A DNA stretch of 40,263 nucleotides. Source: Candidatus Rokuibacteriota bacterium. GTDB taxonomy: Bacteria; Methylomirabilota; Methylomirabilia; Rokubacteriales; CSP1-6. The first letter of the stretch is position 1. Every line of letters begins with the position of its first letter. The position numbers and the translations under genes were made by a program. A model generated the notes under the pieces. It was not told the origin of the DNA, searched no databases, and saw nothing but the letters and a program-made list of their open reading frames with translations. Shown piece after piece: positions 10,281 through 19,215 of this stretch. Location of the stretch: contig JACPCX010000123.1 in the NCBI GenBank assembly GCA_016184305.1, positions 1-40,263 of the forward strand, in the 5' to 3' direction.

Positions 10281-11107
10281 CACCAGCTCCCGCTCGCGCC
10301 GCCGCCGCCGAAGCCGCCGCCGCCCCCGCTGAAGCCGCCGCCTCCGGAATCGCCACCACCGGACCCCCCGCTCCCGAAGCCGCCACCGCCGAGCCCGCCG
10401 CCGAACCACGGCCAGAAGACGCTGCCCGAGCGGCGCCCGGCGCGCGACTTCGCGGAGTGCCAGCCCTTCGCTCCACCGGTCCACCCGTAGCGGCGTTCAT
10501 CCGCCCTCTCCTTGAGCCCCATCACCACAGTGGCGAGGACCATCACCACGACCCCGATGACGATCGCCCATGGGATGAGGGGGAGCAGGCCCCGCGGTGC
10601 GGTGGACGCCGGGCCGCCCCGATACGTCCCGGCAATCGCCTGGTCGATGGCGTCGAGCCCGTCGCTGATGCCGTCGGCGATCCGCCCCTGGCGGAAGCGC
10701 GGCGCCACCACGTCACGGATGATGGCTGCGCTGAGCGCGTCGGTGAGGGTGGCCTCGAGCCCGTAGCCGACCTCGACGCGCATCTTCCGGTCGTCGAGGA
10801 AGACGAGGAAGATGACGCCGTTGTCGAGGCCCTTCTGGCCGATCCGCCAGGCCTGGGCGAGGCGGATCGAGTAGTCCTCCAGGCTCTCGCCGGCGAGCGT
10901 TCGGAAGATGGCGACCACGACCTGGTTGCGACTGTCCCGTTCGCGCGCCGCGAGCTTCTGCTCGAGACGCTCGCGCTCCGAGGGCGACAGGGCGCCGGCA
11001 TAATCGTTGACGTGCCGGAGGGGGGGCGGGGGGACGCTGAGCGCGGCCTGGGCCGGGGACGCGGAGAGGACGAGCAGCAGGACAGCGGTCGCGAAGCGCA
11101 GGAGCAC
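10280..11107 (-). CDS. TPM-domain (YgcG-like) membrane protein with Gly-rich tail
   Basis: VNDYAGALS, WRIGQKGLDNGV, RVEVGYGLEATLTD, C-terminal GFSGGGGGFGGGGASGSW. Confidence 0.92.
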   Translation of the reverse strand: MLLRFATAVLLLVLSASPAQAALSVPPPPLRHVNDYAGALSPSERERLEQKLAARERDSRNQVVVAIFRTLAGESLEDYSIRLAQAWRIGQKGLDNGVIFLVFLDDRKMRVEVGYGLEATLTDALSAAIIRDVVAPRFRQGRIADGISDGLDAIDQAIAGTYRGGPASTAPRGLLPLIPWAIVIGVVVMVLATVVMGLKERADERRYGWTGGAKGWHSAKSRAGRRSGSVFWPWFGGGLGGGGFGSGGSGGGDSGGGGFSGGGGGFGGGGASGSW

Positions 11108-11141
11108 GGCACGCCCTCGGCCGCGGCCGCCCGGGCGGCGG

Positions 11142-11738
11142 CTAGAATTTGACCCTGGGGACGGCCTCGCTGCCCGGCGCCGCCTCGAAGAAGGCCTTGT
11201 CCCTGAAGCCGGCGAACGAGGCCACGAGGCTGCCCGGGAAGAGCCTGAGGCGCGTGTTGTACTCGCGGACCGATTCGTTGAAGCGGCGGCGCTCCACGGC
11301 GATGCGGTTCTCCGTGCCCTCGAGCTGGCTCTGGAGCGCCAGGAAGTTCTGGTTGCTCTTGAGATCAGGGTAGCGCTCCACCACGACCAGCAGCCGGCTG
11401 AGGGCTCCGCCCAGCTCGCTCTGGGCCTGCTGGAACTTCTGCAGCGCCTGCGGATCGTTGAGCAATTCGGGCGTGGCCTTGATCCCCGCCACGCTGGCCC
11501 GGGCCCGCGTGACCTCGTCGAGCACGGTGCGCTCCTGGGCGGCGAAGCCCTTGACGGTCTCCACCAGGTTCGGCACCAGGTCGGCCCGGCGCTGATAGAC
11601 GTTCTGCACCTGCGCCCACTTCTCCTTGACGTCCTGATCGCGGGCCACCAGGTCGTTGTTGACGCCGACGGCCCACCCGATGCCGCCGAGCACCACGAGC
11701 ACGATCACGCCGAGCACGATGAGGACTGTCCTGTTCAT
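11142..11738 (-). CDS. lemA: LemA family protein
   Basis: YQRRADLVPNLVETVKG, ERYPDLKSNQNF, LEGTENRIAVERRRFN. Confidence 0.95.
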   Translation of the reverse strand: MNRTVLIVLGVIVLVVLGGIGWAVGVNNDLVARDQDVKEKWAQVQNVYQRRADLVPNLVETVKGFAAQERTVLDEVTRARASVAGIKATPELLNDPQALQKFQQAQSELGGALSRLLVVVERYPDLKSNQNFLALQSQLEGTENRIAVERRRFNESVREYNTRLRLFPGSLVASFAGFRDKAFFEAAPGSEAVPRVKF

Positions 11739-11760
11739 GGCCCGATTATACCTTCCGCCG

Positions 11761-13338
11761 TCAGAGGTCGTTGCCGGAGTAGGACTGGTTGAACGACTTG
11801 TTGCAGAGGGGAAAGTCCGGGACGATGTTCTTGAGCAGGGCGTAGGACAGGGGCCGCCAGTTGAGGAAGGACGGGTCGAGGATCTTGACGCGCCAGAGCC
11901 TCCCGTCCGCTCCCGCCATGACCCAGTGGATGATGGCGCCCCGCCACCCCTCGACCATGGAGAAGGCCGGCGCGAAGGCGGGCAGCTCGCCCAGGGGAGC
12001 CGCCAGCGGCCCCCGCGGCAGCCGCTCCACCGCCTGCCGGATCAGCCCTGCCGACTCGCGCGCTTCCTCGATCCGCACGAGCGTCCGCGCCTTCACGTCG
12101 CCCGCCTCGAAGACCGGCACGCGGAACGACAGCTCGGCATAGGCGGCAAAGGGGTGGTCGCGGCGGACATCGGTGTCGATCCCGGAGGCGCGGGCGACGT
12201 AGCCGAGGACGCCGTGGTCGCGCGCGGTCCGGGGGGTCAGCCGGCCGGTGCCCTCGATCCGGTCCATGACCAGCGTGTTCTCGAGGGTCAGCCCGACGAT
12301 CTCCTCGAAGTCGCGAAGGGCGGACTCCACCTCCGCCGGCAGGTCGAGCCTCGCCGGCAGGTCCCCCCCGACGCCTCCAGGGACGATCCCGCCGCGGAGG
12401 AGCCGATTCCCGGTGAGCTGCTTGTTCAGGCGCAAGAGCCGCTCGCGGATCCGGAAGCAGTGGGAGTGCGCGACCGCGTACCCCGTGTCGTTGGCGATCA
12501 TGCCGACATCGGCCACGTGGTTGTAGAGCCGCTCCATCTCCAGGAGGACGACGCGCAGGTACCTGGCGCGCTCCGGCACGGTCATCCCCGCCGCGGCCTC
12601 CAGGGCCTGGCAGTAGGCGAGCGAGTGGCCGATGGTGGTGTCGCCGGAGATGCGCTCGGCCAGCTCCACGCCGGCCGCGGGCTCCCGACCCTCGAAGAGC
12701 TTCTCGGTGCCCTTGTGGGTGAAGTACAGGCGCGACTTCATGTCGATGATCGTCTCCCCCACGACGCTGAAGCGGAAATGGCCCGGCTCGATGATGCCGG
12801 CGTGGACCGGCCCCACCGGGATCTCGTACACGCCCTCGCCGCCCACCTCGGTGAAGGGGAAGGCCTGCCCGTCGTCGCTGAACTCGCGCGCGCCCGCGTC
12901 CTTCCGGAGCGGGAAGTAATCCGCCGGCCAGAAGCCGTGGCGCACGAGGGGCCGGGGGTCGGGGTGGCCCTCGGCGGTGATGCCGAAGAGGTCGTAGATC
13001 TCGCGCTCGAAGCGCGAGGCCGGGTAGTGGAACGTGGCCAGCGAGCCGAGCGCGGGGGCGTCGGCGGGCACGGCGGCCGTGGCGTGGAGGAACCAGGGCT
13101 CCCGTTCGGGCGCGAAGAGATAGTGGACCTCGAAGACCCCGCGGTCCGCGCGCCGGTCGGCGGCGGCCATGAAGACCAGCTCGGCGCCGAACCCCCTGCG
13201 GAGTAGCACGGCCAGCGCGGCGACGGCAAGTGGGCGGACCGAGCAGTGCAGCTCGTTGCCCCGCACCACGCGCAACTCGGCCACGCGGTCGGCGAGCGTC
13301 TCGGTCAGCGCCTCCGTGAGCTCGGACAGACGGATCAT
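11761..13338 (-). CDS. Hydrogenase-4-like / Ehr large subunit (fused NuoC-NuoD-like, HycE/HyfG homologue) without Ni-binding motifs
   Basis: FEREIYDLFG, GPVHAGIIEPGHFRF, HKGTEK, ERLYNH, VEGWRG, DPSFLNW. The L1 site reads ERISGD and the L2 site DFPLCNKSFNQSYSGNDL, so neither has CxxC. ATG at 13338. Confidence 0.9.
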   Translation of the reverse strand: MIRLSELTEALTETLADRVAELRVVRGNELHCSVRPLAVAALAVLLRRGFGAELVFMAAADRRADRGVFEVHYLFAPEREPWFLHATAAVPADAPALGSLATFHYPASRFEREIYDLFGITAEGHPDPRPLVRHGFWPADYFPLRKDAGAREFSDDGQAFPFTEVGGEGVYEIPVGPVHAGIIEPGHFRFSVVGETIIDMKSRLYFTHKGTEKLFEGREPAAGVELAERISGDTTIGHSLAYCQALEAAAGMTVPERARYLRVVLLEMERLYNHVADVGMIANDTGYAVAHSHCFRIRERLLRLNKQLTGNRLLRGGIVPGGVGGDLPARLDLPAEVESALRDFEEIVGLTLENTLVMDRIEGTGRLTPRTARDHGVLGYVARASGIDTDVRRDHPFAAYAELSFRVPVFEAGDVKARTLVRIEEARESAGLIRQAVERLPRGPLAAPLGELPAFAPAFSMVEGWRGAIIHWVMAGADGRLWRVKILDPSFLNWRPLSYALLKNIVPDFPLCNKSFNQSYSGNDL

Positions 13339-14792
13339 CGCCCGGCGATCTCCACGATCCGCTCCAGCAACACCTGCAGGGGGGCAGGCAGCGTGAGCCC
13401 GAGGCCGACGAGCGCCACCACACAGAGGCCGAGCGGAACCAGCGGCCAGCCGTTTCCCTCTCCCACCGTCACGCCCGGCGCGGGCGCGCCGTAGAGCATC
13501 CGATTGAGGTGGCCGATCATCGAGACGAAAGCCACGGCGAGCAGCGCCAGGACGAGCCCCATCAGCCACGGCCGGCCCGCCGCGAAGCCCGCGCGGAAGA
13601 GCGCGAACTCGGAGATGAACAGGCCGAAGGGGGGCAGCCCGACGACGGCCAGCACCCCGGCCGCGAACAGGCCGCCCGTCCACGGCATGACCGTGAGGAG
13701 GCCCGACACCCGGCCGATCTCGGTGGTGCGGTACCGGTGGAGCACCCGCCCCGCGAGGAAGAACATCATCGACTTCGCCAGCGTGTGGTTGACCAGGTGC
13801 AGCATCGCGGCGAACGTCCCGAGGGGCCCCAGCGCCAGTCCCACGCACATGAGCCCGGTGTGCTCGATGCTGGAGTACGCGAGCATGCGCTTGTAGTTCT
13901 GCTGGACCACGAGGCTGAACGCCGCGATGACGAGCGAGAGGACGCCGAGGGCGATGAAGAGCCCGTCCGTGAACCGCGTCCCCACCGCCGCGTTCACCAC
14001 CGCCTCCCATCGGATCACCGCGTACAGCGCCACCGCGAGCAGCACACCCGACATCATGGCGGAGAGCGGCGCGGGCGCCTCCGAATGGGCATCCGGGAGC
14101 CACGTGTGCATGGGCGCCAGCCCCGCCTTCGTGCCGTAGCCGATGAGAATGAAGACGAACGCGAGCTGGATCACCTGCGGGTGGAGACGCGACGCCGAGG
14201 CCATCAGCACCGTCCAGTTCAGCGCCCCCTCGCGGTGGCCGGCCAGATTGACGAAATCGAAGTAGCCCAGCACGGTTCCCCCGAACGCCAGGGCGATGCC
14301 GACCGAGCCGATCAGGATGTACTTCCACGAGGCCTCGACCGAGGCCTTCGTCACGTGGAGCGGGATGAGCATGGCCGAGGTGATCGTGGTCGCCTCGATG
14401 GCGATCCACATGAAGCCGACATTGTTCGACGTCACCGCGAAGAGCATGGTGAACGTGAACAGGTTGCCGAAGATGCGGAACCGCCGGGCCTGCGCGCCGT
14501 CGTAGCCGTCGTCGCCACCCATCCCCGGGCCGAGCCAGGCCGCCAGCGCGCCCACCACGCTGACGCACAGCGCGAGCAAGGTCGAGAGCGCGTCGGCCCG
14601 CAGGAACTCCGCGGGGCCCGAGGTCAGCACATCACCCGCCAGGATGTGGCCCCAGAGGGCTACCGCCGCTCCGATGGAGAGGAGGGACAGCAGGGCATTC
14701 GCCCATCCGACAACCTGCCGATAGGGCTTCACCGCCACGGCGAGCAGCGCTCCGAGGAGGGGCGGCGCAAGGAGCATCGCGAATGTCTTCAC
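13335..14792 (-). CDS. hyfF: Hydrogenase-4 component F-like antiporter-type membrane subunit
   Basis: Polytopic; WIAIEATT, EASWKY, GYGTKAGLAPMHTWLPDAHSEAP, KRMLAYSSIEH. Confidence 0.88.
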   Translation of the reverse strand: MKTFAMLLAPPLLGALLAVAVKPYRQVVGWANALLSLLSIGAAVALWGHILAGDVLTSGPAEFLRADALSTLLALCVSVVGALAAWLGPGMGGDDGYDGAQARRFRIFGNLFTFTMLFAVTSNNVGFMWIAIEATTITSAMLIPLHVTKASVEASWKYILIGSVGIALAFGGTVLGYFDFVNLAGHREGALNWTVLMASASRLHPQVIQLAFVFILIGYGTKAGLAPMHTWLPDAHSEAPAPLSAMMSGVLLAVALYAVIRWEAVVNAAVGTRFTDGLFIALGVLSLVIAAFSLVVQQNYKRMLAYSSIEHTGLMCVGLALGPLGTFAAMLHLVNHTLAKSMMFFLAGRVLHRYRTTEIGRVSGLLTVMPWTGGLFAAGVLAVVGLPPFGLFISEFALFRAGFAAGRPWLMGLVLALLAVAFVSMIGHLNRMLYGAPAPGVTVGEGNGWPLVPLGLCVVALVGLGLTLPAPLQVLLERIVEIAGR

Positions 14793-14798
14793 GGTCCC

Positions 14799-15455
14799 TT
14801 AATGCCTCAGGCGGTTGAGCTGTTCCACGTCAATGCTCTCGAAGGTCTCGTGGATCTGATAGATGAAGATCTGCATGACGAGGAATCCCATGAGCACATC
14901 CAGGAACACGCCGATCTCGACGATCAACGGGATCCCGTACGTCCCCAGAACCGCCAGCAGGGCGAGCCCGTTCTCGAGCATCAGGAACCCGATGACCTGG
15001 GTCAGCGCCTTCTTCCGGCTCATCACGACGAACAGGCTCACGAGCACCAGCCCCATGGCGAGCGGCATGCCCGCCCGTGTCGGCAGCTGACTCAGCGCGA
15101 CGAGCGGCCGCGTGATGGCGTAGCCGAACAGCACGAGCAGCCCGGAGACGACCAGCGACGTCGCCGTGTTGACGTACGGCTCCAGCTCGCGCTCGGCCGC
15201 GAAGCGCCGCTCCATCCGCCGGAGGAGCCGGGGGATCGCGACCCCCTTGAGCAGGAAGAGGCCTCCCGCGACCCAGTACAGCTCGTGGTCATTGCCGAAG
15301 TAGCCGACGGTCGCCGTCACTGCCGACAGCACGGTGGACTGCCACACGAAGGCGTTGATGTAGGCGGTGACGCCCCGCCGCCAGAGCAGGATGAGCCCGA
15401 AGATCAGCACCAGGCTCGAGCCCAGAACGCAGAGCTGGGAGAACGCGCCGTCCAT
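14799..15455 (-). CDS. hyfE: Hydrogenase-4 component E-like membrane subunit
   Basis: Hydrophobic 218 aa; QVIGFLMLENG and PLIVEIGVFLDV; position in the operon. Confidence 0.85.
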   Translation of the reverse strand: MDGAFSQLCVLGSSLVLIFGLILLWRRGVTAYINAFVWQSTVLSAVTATVGYFGNDHELYWVAGGLFLLKGVAIPRLLRRMERRFAAERELEPYVNTATSLVVSGLLVLFGYAITRPLVALSQLPTRAGMPLAMGLVLVSLFVVMSRKKALTQVIGFLMLENGLALLAVLGTYGIPLIVEIGVFLDVLMGFLVMQIFIYQIHETFESIDVEQLNRLRH

Positions 15456-15458
15456 GCG

Positions 15459-16400
15459 CTACTTCAGGAGGAACGACGAGGTGACCGCGAGCAGCGCCAA
15501 CACGAACGACGCGCTCAGCAGCTCCGGCACCCGGAAGAGGCGGAGCTTCGCGATGCGTGTCTCGAGCACGGCCACCGCCCCCGCCAGGACCACGAGCTTG
15601 GCCAGCAGGCTGCCCACCGCGACGGCGAGCGTCCCCGGCGTCAGGGCCATGGACACGCCCCACGGGACGAAGAGGTTGCCGAGCAACGAGAAGAAGATCA
15701 GCAGCTTGACCGCCGCCGCCCACTCGATGAGGGCGAGGTAGCGCCCGGAGTACTCGAGGACCATCGCCTCGTGGATCATCGTCAGCTCGAGGTGCGTCGC
15801 CGGGTTGTCGATGGGGAGGCGTCCGGTCTCGGCGAGGGTCACGATGAACAGCGCGGCGAACGCCAGCAGATGGCCGGGGCTCAGCGCCGCTCCCGGATCG
15901 GTCATGGTGCGCGCCGCGATCTGGCCGAGATTGGTGGAGCCCGCGCCGAGGGCGAGGGCGAAGATCGCCAGCGCGACGGTGGGCTCGGCGAGGGCGGCGA
16001 CGGTCATCTCGCGGCTGGCGCCCATCCCCCCGAACGGCGAGCCCGGGTCAAGTCCGGCGAGCGAGAGGAAAAAGGTGCCGAGCAGGAGGAGGTAGACGAC
16101 GACCAGCAGGTCGCCGACCCCGTCGAACGGGAGCGGCACCGCGAGGATCGGCACGAGGAACGTCACCGCCACGGTGCTCGCAAAGACGACGAACGGCGCC
16201 GCCCGGAAGAGCCAGGACGCGTTGCTCGAGACGACGACCTCCTTCCGGAACAGCTTGGCCAGCTCCCGGTACGGCTGCCAGGCGGGCGCGCCGCGCCGGT
16301 TCTGCAGCCGCGCCTTCATCCACCGGACCAGCCCGACCAGACCCGGGGCAAGCAGGAGCGCCAGCCCCGCCTGTGCGACCTCGAGCACGTACCCGATCAT
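15459..16400 (-). CDS. hyfC: NuoH-like membrane subunit (HyfC/HycD homologue)
   Basis: KARLQNRRG, GMGASRE, AETGRLPIDNP, ELTMIHEAMVLEYSG. ATG at 16400 (MIGYVLE). Confidence 0.88.
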   Translation of the reverse strand: MIGYVLEVAQAGLALLLAPGLVGLVRWMKARLQNRRGAPAWQPYRELAKLFRKEVVVSSNASWLFRAAPFVVFASTVAVTFLVPILAVPLPFDGVGDLLVVVYLLLLGTFFLSLAGLDPGSPFGGMGASREMTVAALAEPTVALAIFALALGAGSTNLGQIAARTMTDPGAALSPGHLLAFAALFIVTLAETGRLPIDNPATHLELTMIHEAMVLEYSGRYLALIEWAAAVKLLIFFSLLGNLFVPWGVSMALTPGTLAVAVGSLLAKLVVLAGAVAVLETRIAKLRLFRVPELLSASFVLALLAVTSSFLLK

Positions 16401-18421
16401 GTCCTCCACCTCGCCACCGTGAGCAGGACCAGCAGCGCGAGCGTCATGTACACGAGGTAGAGGTGCACGGACCCCCCCTGGAGCCGGCGGACGCGCGTGG
16501 CCGCCCCGCGGAGGCCGTGCAACAGCGGATCGTAGAGGACCCGCTCGAACCACGGGTGGATCTCGCTCCGGTACTCGATCGACTGCACGAAGTACTTCGA
16601 CGCCGGGTGGAAGTCGATGGACAGATCCCGGGACGGGCGATACAGCTCGGCGAAGACGCGCCTCAGCGGCTCGGCGAAGGCGGTCGCGGTGTACTCCATG
16701 CGAGCCGTCTGGCCGATGCGGCCGCAGCCCCACGTGTCGGCCACGCGCAGCCGCCGGTCGGCGCCCAGGACCCGCAGCAGCAGGCGGACCAGGGCCAGCA
16801 GCAGGACGAGCCCGAGCGCCAGGAGGGGCGCCGACATCTGCCCGAAGGTTCCCGTCACGTGGAGGGGCAGGACCAGGGTGAACGCCACCGCGGTGGGGGC
16901 GAGGCCGCCGAGCCCCGCGAGGCTCGACCCGAGGAGGGGGACCACCGCGAACGGCGCCAGCCCGAGCCCCACGCACATCAGCACCAGCGAGACCATGCCG
17001 ACCTGCATGGACCGCGGAGCCTCGTGCGCGTGGTCGGCTTCCGGAGATCGCGGGATGGCAAGGAACGTGATCCCGAAGGCCTTGACGAAACAGGCCGCGG
17101 CAAGGCCGCTGGTGAGCGCCAGCATGGCCACCGCGATCGGCATGATCACCGCGACCTCGGGCTGGGGGATCGCCGATCCGCCGAGCAGGGCCTGGAACAC
17201 CAGCCATTCCGAGGCGAACCCGTTGAGCGGGGGCAGGGCCGAGATGGCGCACGCTCCGACGAGGAAGAAGAACGCGGTCCGCGGCATCCGCTTGATCAGC
17301 CCGCCCATCTCCTCCATGTTGCGCGTGCCCGTCGCGTGGAGCACCGACCCGGCGCCCATGAACAGCAGCCCCTTGAAGCAGGCGTGATTGATCGTGTGAT
17401 ACAGGCCGCCGACGATGCCCAGGGTGGCGAGCGTGGTCAGCCCGTAGCTCTGGAACATGAGGCCCGCCCCGATCCCGATGAAGATGATGCCGATGTTCTC
17501 GACGGAGTGATAGGCGAGCAGCCGCTTGAGATCGTGCTCCATCAGGGCATAGAGCACCCCGACGAGCGCCGAGACGGTGCCCAGGCCGAGGACGAGGCCG
17601 CCCCACCACGGGGGCCCGCCCCCGAGCAGGTCGATCGTCACGCGGAGGAGGCCATAGACGCCCATCTTGATCACGACGCCCGACATCAGCGCCGACACGT
17701 GGCTCGGGGCGACGGGATGCGCCATGGGCAGCCACACGTGCAGCGGGACGACGCCCGCCTTGGCGCCGAAGCCGAAGAGCGCCAGCACGAAGGCCGCGTC
17801 GCGGACCTGGGGCGCCAGGGACGCCGCCCGCATGGCCGCGAAGGAGGACGTCAGCTCGCCAGCGGACAGGAGGAGGAACATCGCCACGAGGGCGGCGAAG
17901 CCGGCGTGCGTGATGGCGATGTACCAGTTGGCGGCCCGGACCGTCCCCGGCCGATCGTGTTCCGTGAGCACCAGCAGGTAGGCCGACAGCGACATGGCCT
18001 CCCAGGCCATGAGAAAGGTCAGGGCGTTGTCGGCCATCACCTGCACGCTCAGGGACAGCAGCAGGACGCTCAGCAGCGCGCCGAGCCGCCGGAGGGAGTA
18101 GCGCCCCTCGTACGCTTCCGAATAGCCGAAGCCGTACACCGCGACCGCGGCGCCGACCACGCCGATGACGATCAGGAAGAACGCGCTCAGGCCGTCGATG
18201 CGAAGCGCGAAGCCGGTCAGCGGCAGGAACGACGCGGTGAAGGTCGGCGCGAGCCCGGCGCCGAGACAGACGGCGCCCAGCAGAAGCCCGGCCAGGGCGC
18301 CCACGAGCGCGCATCCGGCGACGAGCCCGCGCCCGAGCGCTCCGCGGGCACCGAGCGCCGCGAGGGCCCCGGCGGCGTAACCCGCAAGCATCACCGCGAG
18401 CAGGAGGGGCACGGGGGCCAT
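16397..18421 (-). CDS. hyfB: Hydrogenase-4 component B-like antiporter-type membrane subunit
   Basis: FLMAWEAMS, GFGAKAGVVPLHVWLPMAHP, KRLLAYHSVENIG, NHACFKGLLF, LPPLNGFASEW, WGCG..RMEYTATAF. ATG at 18421. Confidence 0.88.
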   Translation of the reverse strand: MAPVPLLLAVMLAGYAAGALAALGARGALGRGLVAGCALVGALAGLLLGAVCLGAGLAPTFTASFLPLTGFALRIDGLSAFFLIVIGVVGAAVAVYGFGYSEAYEGRYSLRRLGALLSVLLLSLSVQVMADNALTFLMAWEAMSLSAYLLVLTEHDRPGTVRAANWYIAITHAGFAALVAMFLLLSAGELTSSFAAMRAASLAPQVRDAAFVLALFGFGAKAGVVPLHVWLPMAHPVAPSHVSALMSGVVIKMGVYGLLRVTIDLLGGGPPWWGGLVLGLGTVSALVGVLYALMEHDLKRLLAYHSVENIGIIFIGIGAGLMFQSYGLTTLATLGIVGGLYHTINHACFKGLLFMGAGSVLHATGTRNMEEMGGLIKRMPRTAFFFLVGACAISALPPLNGFASEWLVFQALLGGSAIPQPEVAVIMPIAVAMLALTSGLAAACFVKAFGITFLAIPRSPEADHAHEAPRSMQVGMVSLVLMCVGLGLAPFAVVPLLGSSLAGLGGLAPTAVAFTLVLPLHVTGTFGQMSAPLLALGLVLLLALVRLLLRVLGADRRLRVADTWGCGRIGQTARMEYTATAFAEPLRRVFAELYRPSRDLSIDFHPASKYFVQSIEYRSEIHPWFERVLYDPLLHGLRGAATRVRRLQGGSVHLYLVYMTLALLVLLTVARWRT

Positions 18422-18422
18422 C

Positions 18423-18503
18423 TCACATCCCCTCGCGGTACTCGATGGACGGGACGACATACCTGGACTCGGGATGGAAGGTGAGGACGCACAGAAGAAT
18501 CAT
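18423..18503 (-). pseudogene. 26-codon mini-ORF, relic of a hyfB C-terminal segment
   Basis: MILLCVLTFHPESRYVVPSIEYREGM compared with HyfB FHPASKYFVQSIEYRS (around 16565-16613). Its ATG overlaps the upstream stop. Confidence 0.6.
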
Positions 18504-19006
18504 CGGCGGCCGATCGCGGCGAGGATGCCCCGGAGGATGTCGGTCGGCTCCGGGGGGCATCCGTCGACGAAGACGTCGACCGGGATGATCTGGTCCACGC
18601 TGCCGGCCACGGCGTAGCTGCCCTGGAAGACCCCGCAGGTCCGCGCGCAGTCCCCCACCGCCACCACCAGCTTGGGCGCCGGCGTCGCCTCGTAGGTCTT
18701 CAGCAGCGGCACCGCCATGTTCCGCGTCACCGGGCCCGTCACCAGGAGCATGTCGGCGTGACGGGGCGAGGCGACGAAGTGGATGCCGAAGCGCTCGCTG
18801 TCGTACACGGGGCCCGTGAGCCCGGTGATCTCGAGCTCGCACCCGTTGCACGAGCCTGCGTCCACCTCCCGGATGGCGACCGCCCGGCCGAACAGCCGCC
18901 GGACGCGCGCATCGACTTCGTGGAGGAGGCGGACGACGTCGGCCCCGCCCGGCGGCAGGGGCTCGGTGGCGAGGCCGACCTGGAAGATCTTGGAGAAGAG
19001 GCGCAT
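18500..19006 (-). CDS. NuoB-like Fe-S small subunit (HyfI/HycG homologue)
   Basis: DAGSCNGCELE, SPRHAD, GDCA and GCPP supply four Cys ligands. Confidence 0.92.
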   Translation of the reverse strand: MRLFSKIFQVGLATEPLPPGGADVVRLLHEVDARVRRLFGRAVAIREVDAGSCNGCELEITGLTGPVYDSERFGIHFVASPRHADMLLVTGPVTRNMAVPLLKTYEATPAPKLVVAVGDCARTCGVFQGSYAVAGSVDQIIPVDVFVDGCPPEPTDILRGILAAIGRR

Positions 19007-19067
19007 CTACCGGCGGCGCGCCTCCCGGCGCAACTCGCGAAGGATCGTCTGCGTGCTACTGAATATC

Positions 19068-19104
19068 CTAATATTCCGCTGCTGTCTAATATTCCGCTGC
19101 TGTC
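19068..19104. repeat. 18-bp perfect tandem duplication in the Ehr operon promoter region
   Basis: CTAATATTCCGCTGCTGT at 19068-19085 and 19086-19103; minus-strand TTGACA at 19106-19101. Confidence 0.85.
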
Positions 19105-19215
19105 AATCGTCCTGCGCTGTCATCCATTGCCGGTAGCGCTCCGCCCGCTCGCGGAAGACAGACCCGTTGCAGCCGGCGCCGCGCCCAGGCTCCTGTGAAC
19201 CGCGGGGACAGCTCT

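Noticed and set aside
10290..10410. GCC-rich repetitive tract as a repeat array or CRISPR
   Set aside because: It encodes the ordinary Gly-rich tail of the TPM protein and has no repeat-spacer structure.
11761..13338. Calling the complex a true [NiFe] hydrogenase or formate hydrogenlyase
   Set aside because: Both CxxC nickel motifs are absent, and there are no maturation or formate dehydrogenase genes in the window.
11761..14568. 935-aa version of the large subunit, and similarly extended ORFs (15459-18314, 24306-27020, 26219-28219, 31040-32764, 38859-40121)
   Set aside because: The extensions overlap real upstream genes or intergenic DNA and are mostly Arg/Gly/Pro-rich noise. Coupled or RBS-supported internal starts fit better.
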